Of a stretch of DNA of 64,000 nt, positions 63,840 through 64,000 are shown piece by piece. How positions within the stretch are numbered: position 1 is the stretch's first letter; each line of letters begins with the position of its first letter. The translations under genes and the position numbers were made by a program. The notes beneath the pieces were generated by a model. It saw only the letters and a list, made by a program, of their open reading frames with translations. It searched no databases and was not told the DNA's origin. Source of the DNA: a virus; the IMG/VR virus record IMGVR_UViG_3300046780_000427, positions 8,059 through 72,058 of that record; one strand, written 5' to 3'.

Positions 63840-64000
63840 CCTGCCGCGCAGCGGCAGGAGTCACGCATAACGCAGAGATCCCACCCACCCAGCCCGGCAC
63901 TGCCCCCCCACCACCCACCCGCGACCACCCGCGACGGGACCTCCCACGATCAAGGGACTCCCTACCGCGAGGGGGGTTTTTTGTATAAGGCGCCTCTCAC

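Noticed and set aside
63840-64000. cos/packaging site after the HNH gene
   Set aside because: Position is suggestive but no specific sequence can be supported, and the terminase is outside the window.

Overview
This window is most of the genome of a high-GC (about 70% by eye) tailed actinobacterial siphophage or phage-plasmid. It starts just after the capsid genes and ends at the HNH gene that usually precedes the terminase, so the head and packaging module lies outside it. Layout: virion neck, tail and baseplate genes (1-19.3 kb); lysis (19.3-22.3 kb); a leftward arm with glycosyltransferases, a methyltransferase, ParB and RecT/YqaJ (22.7-34.1 kb); a helicase and candidate origin (34.6-36.6 kb); and a long accessory arm (36.6-63.8 kb). 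I found no integrase, clear immunity repressor, primase or polymerase. The most striking feature is a coupled operon of ParB-like protein, C5 DNA methyltransferase, asparagine-synthetase-like amidotransferase and CmoA-like carboxy-SAM synthase (44.6-48.8 kb). Its methyltransferase has Arg in place of the conserved motif X Asn, which predicts DNA carboxymethylcytosine further amidated to carbamoylmethylcytosine. Also notable: a Streptomyces-plasmid-type traA/traB transfer module, a dispersed TGTCAA-N7-TTGACA palindrome (9 perfect copies), nine near-identical promoter/RBS leaders driving small gene cassettes, and a highly structured intergenic region after the lysis genes. All calls come from reading motifs by eye; no searches were run.
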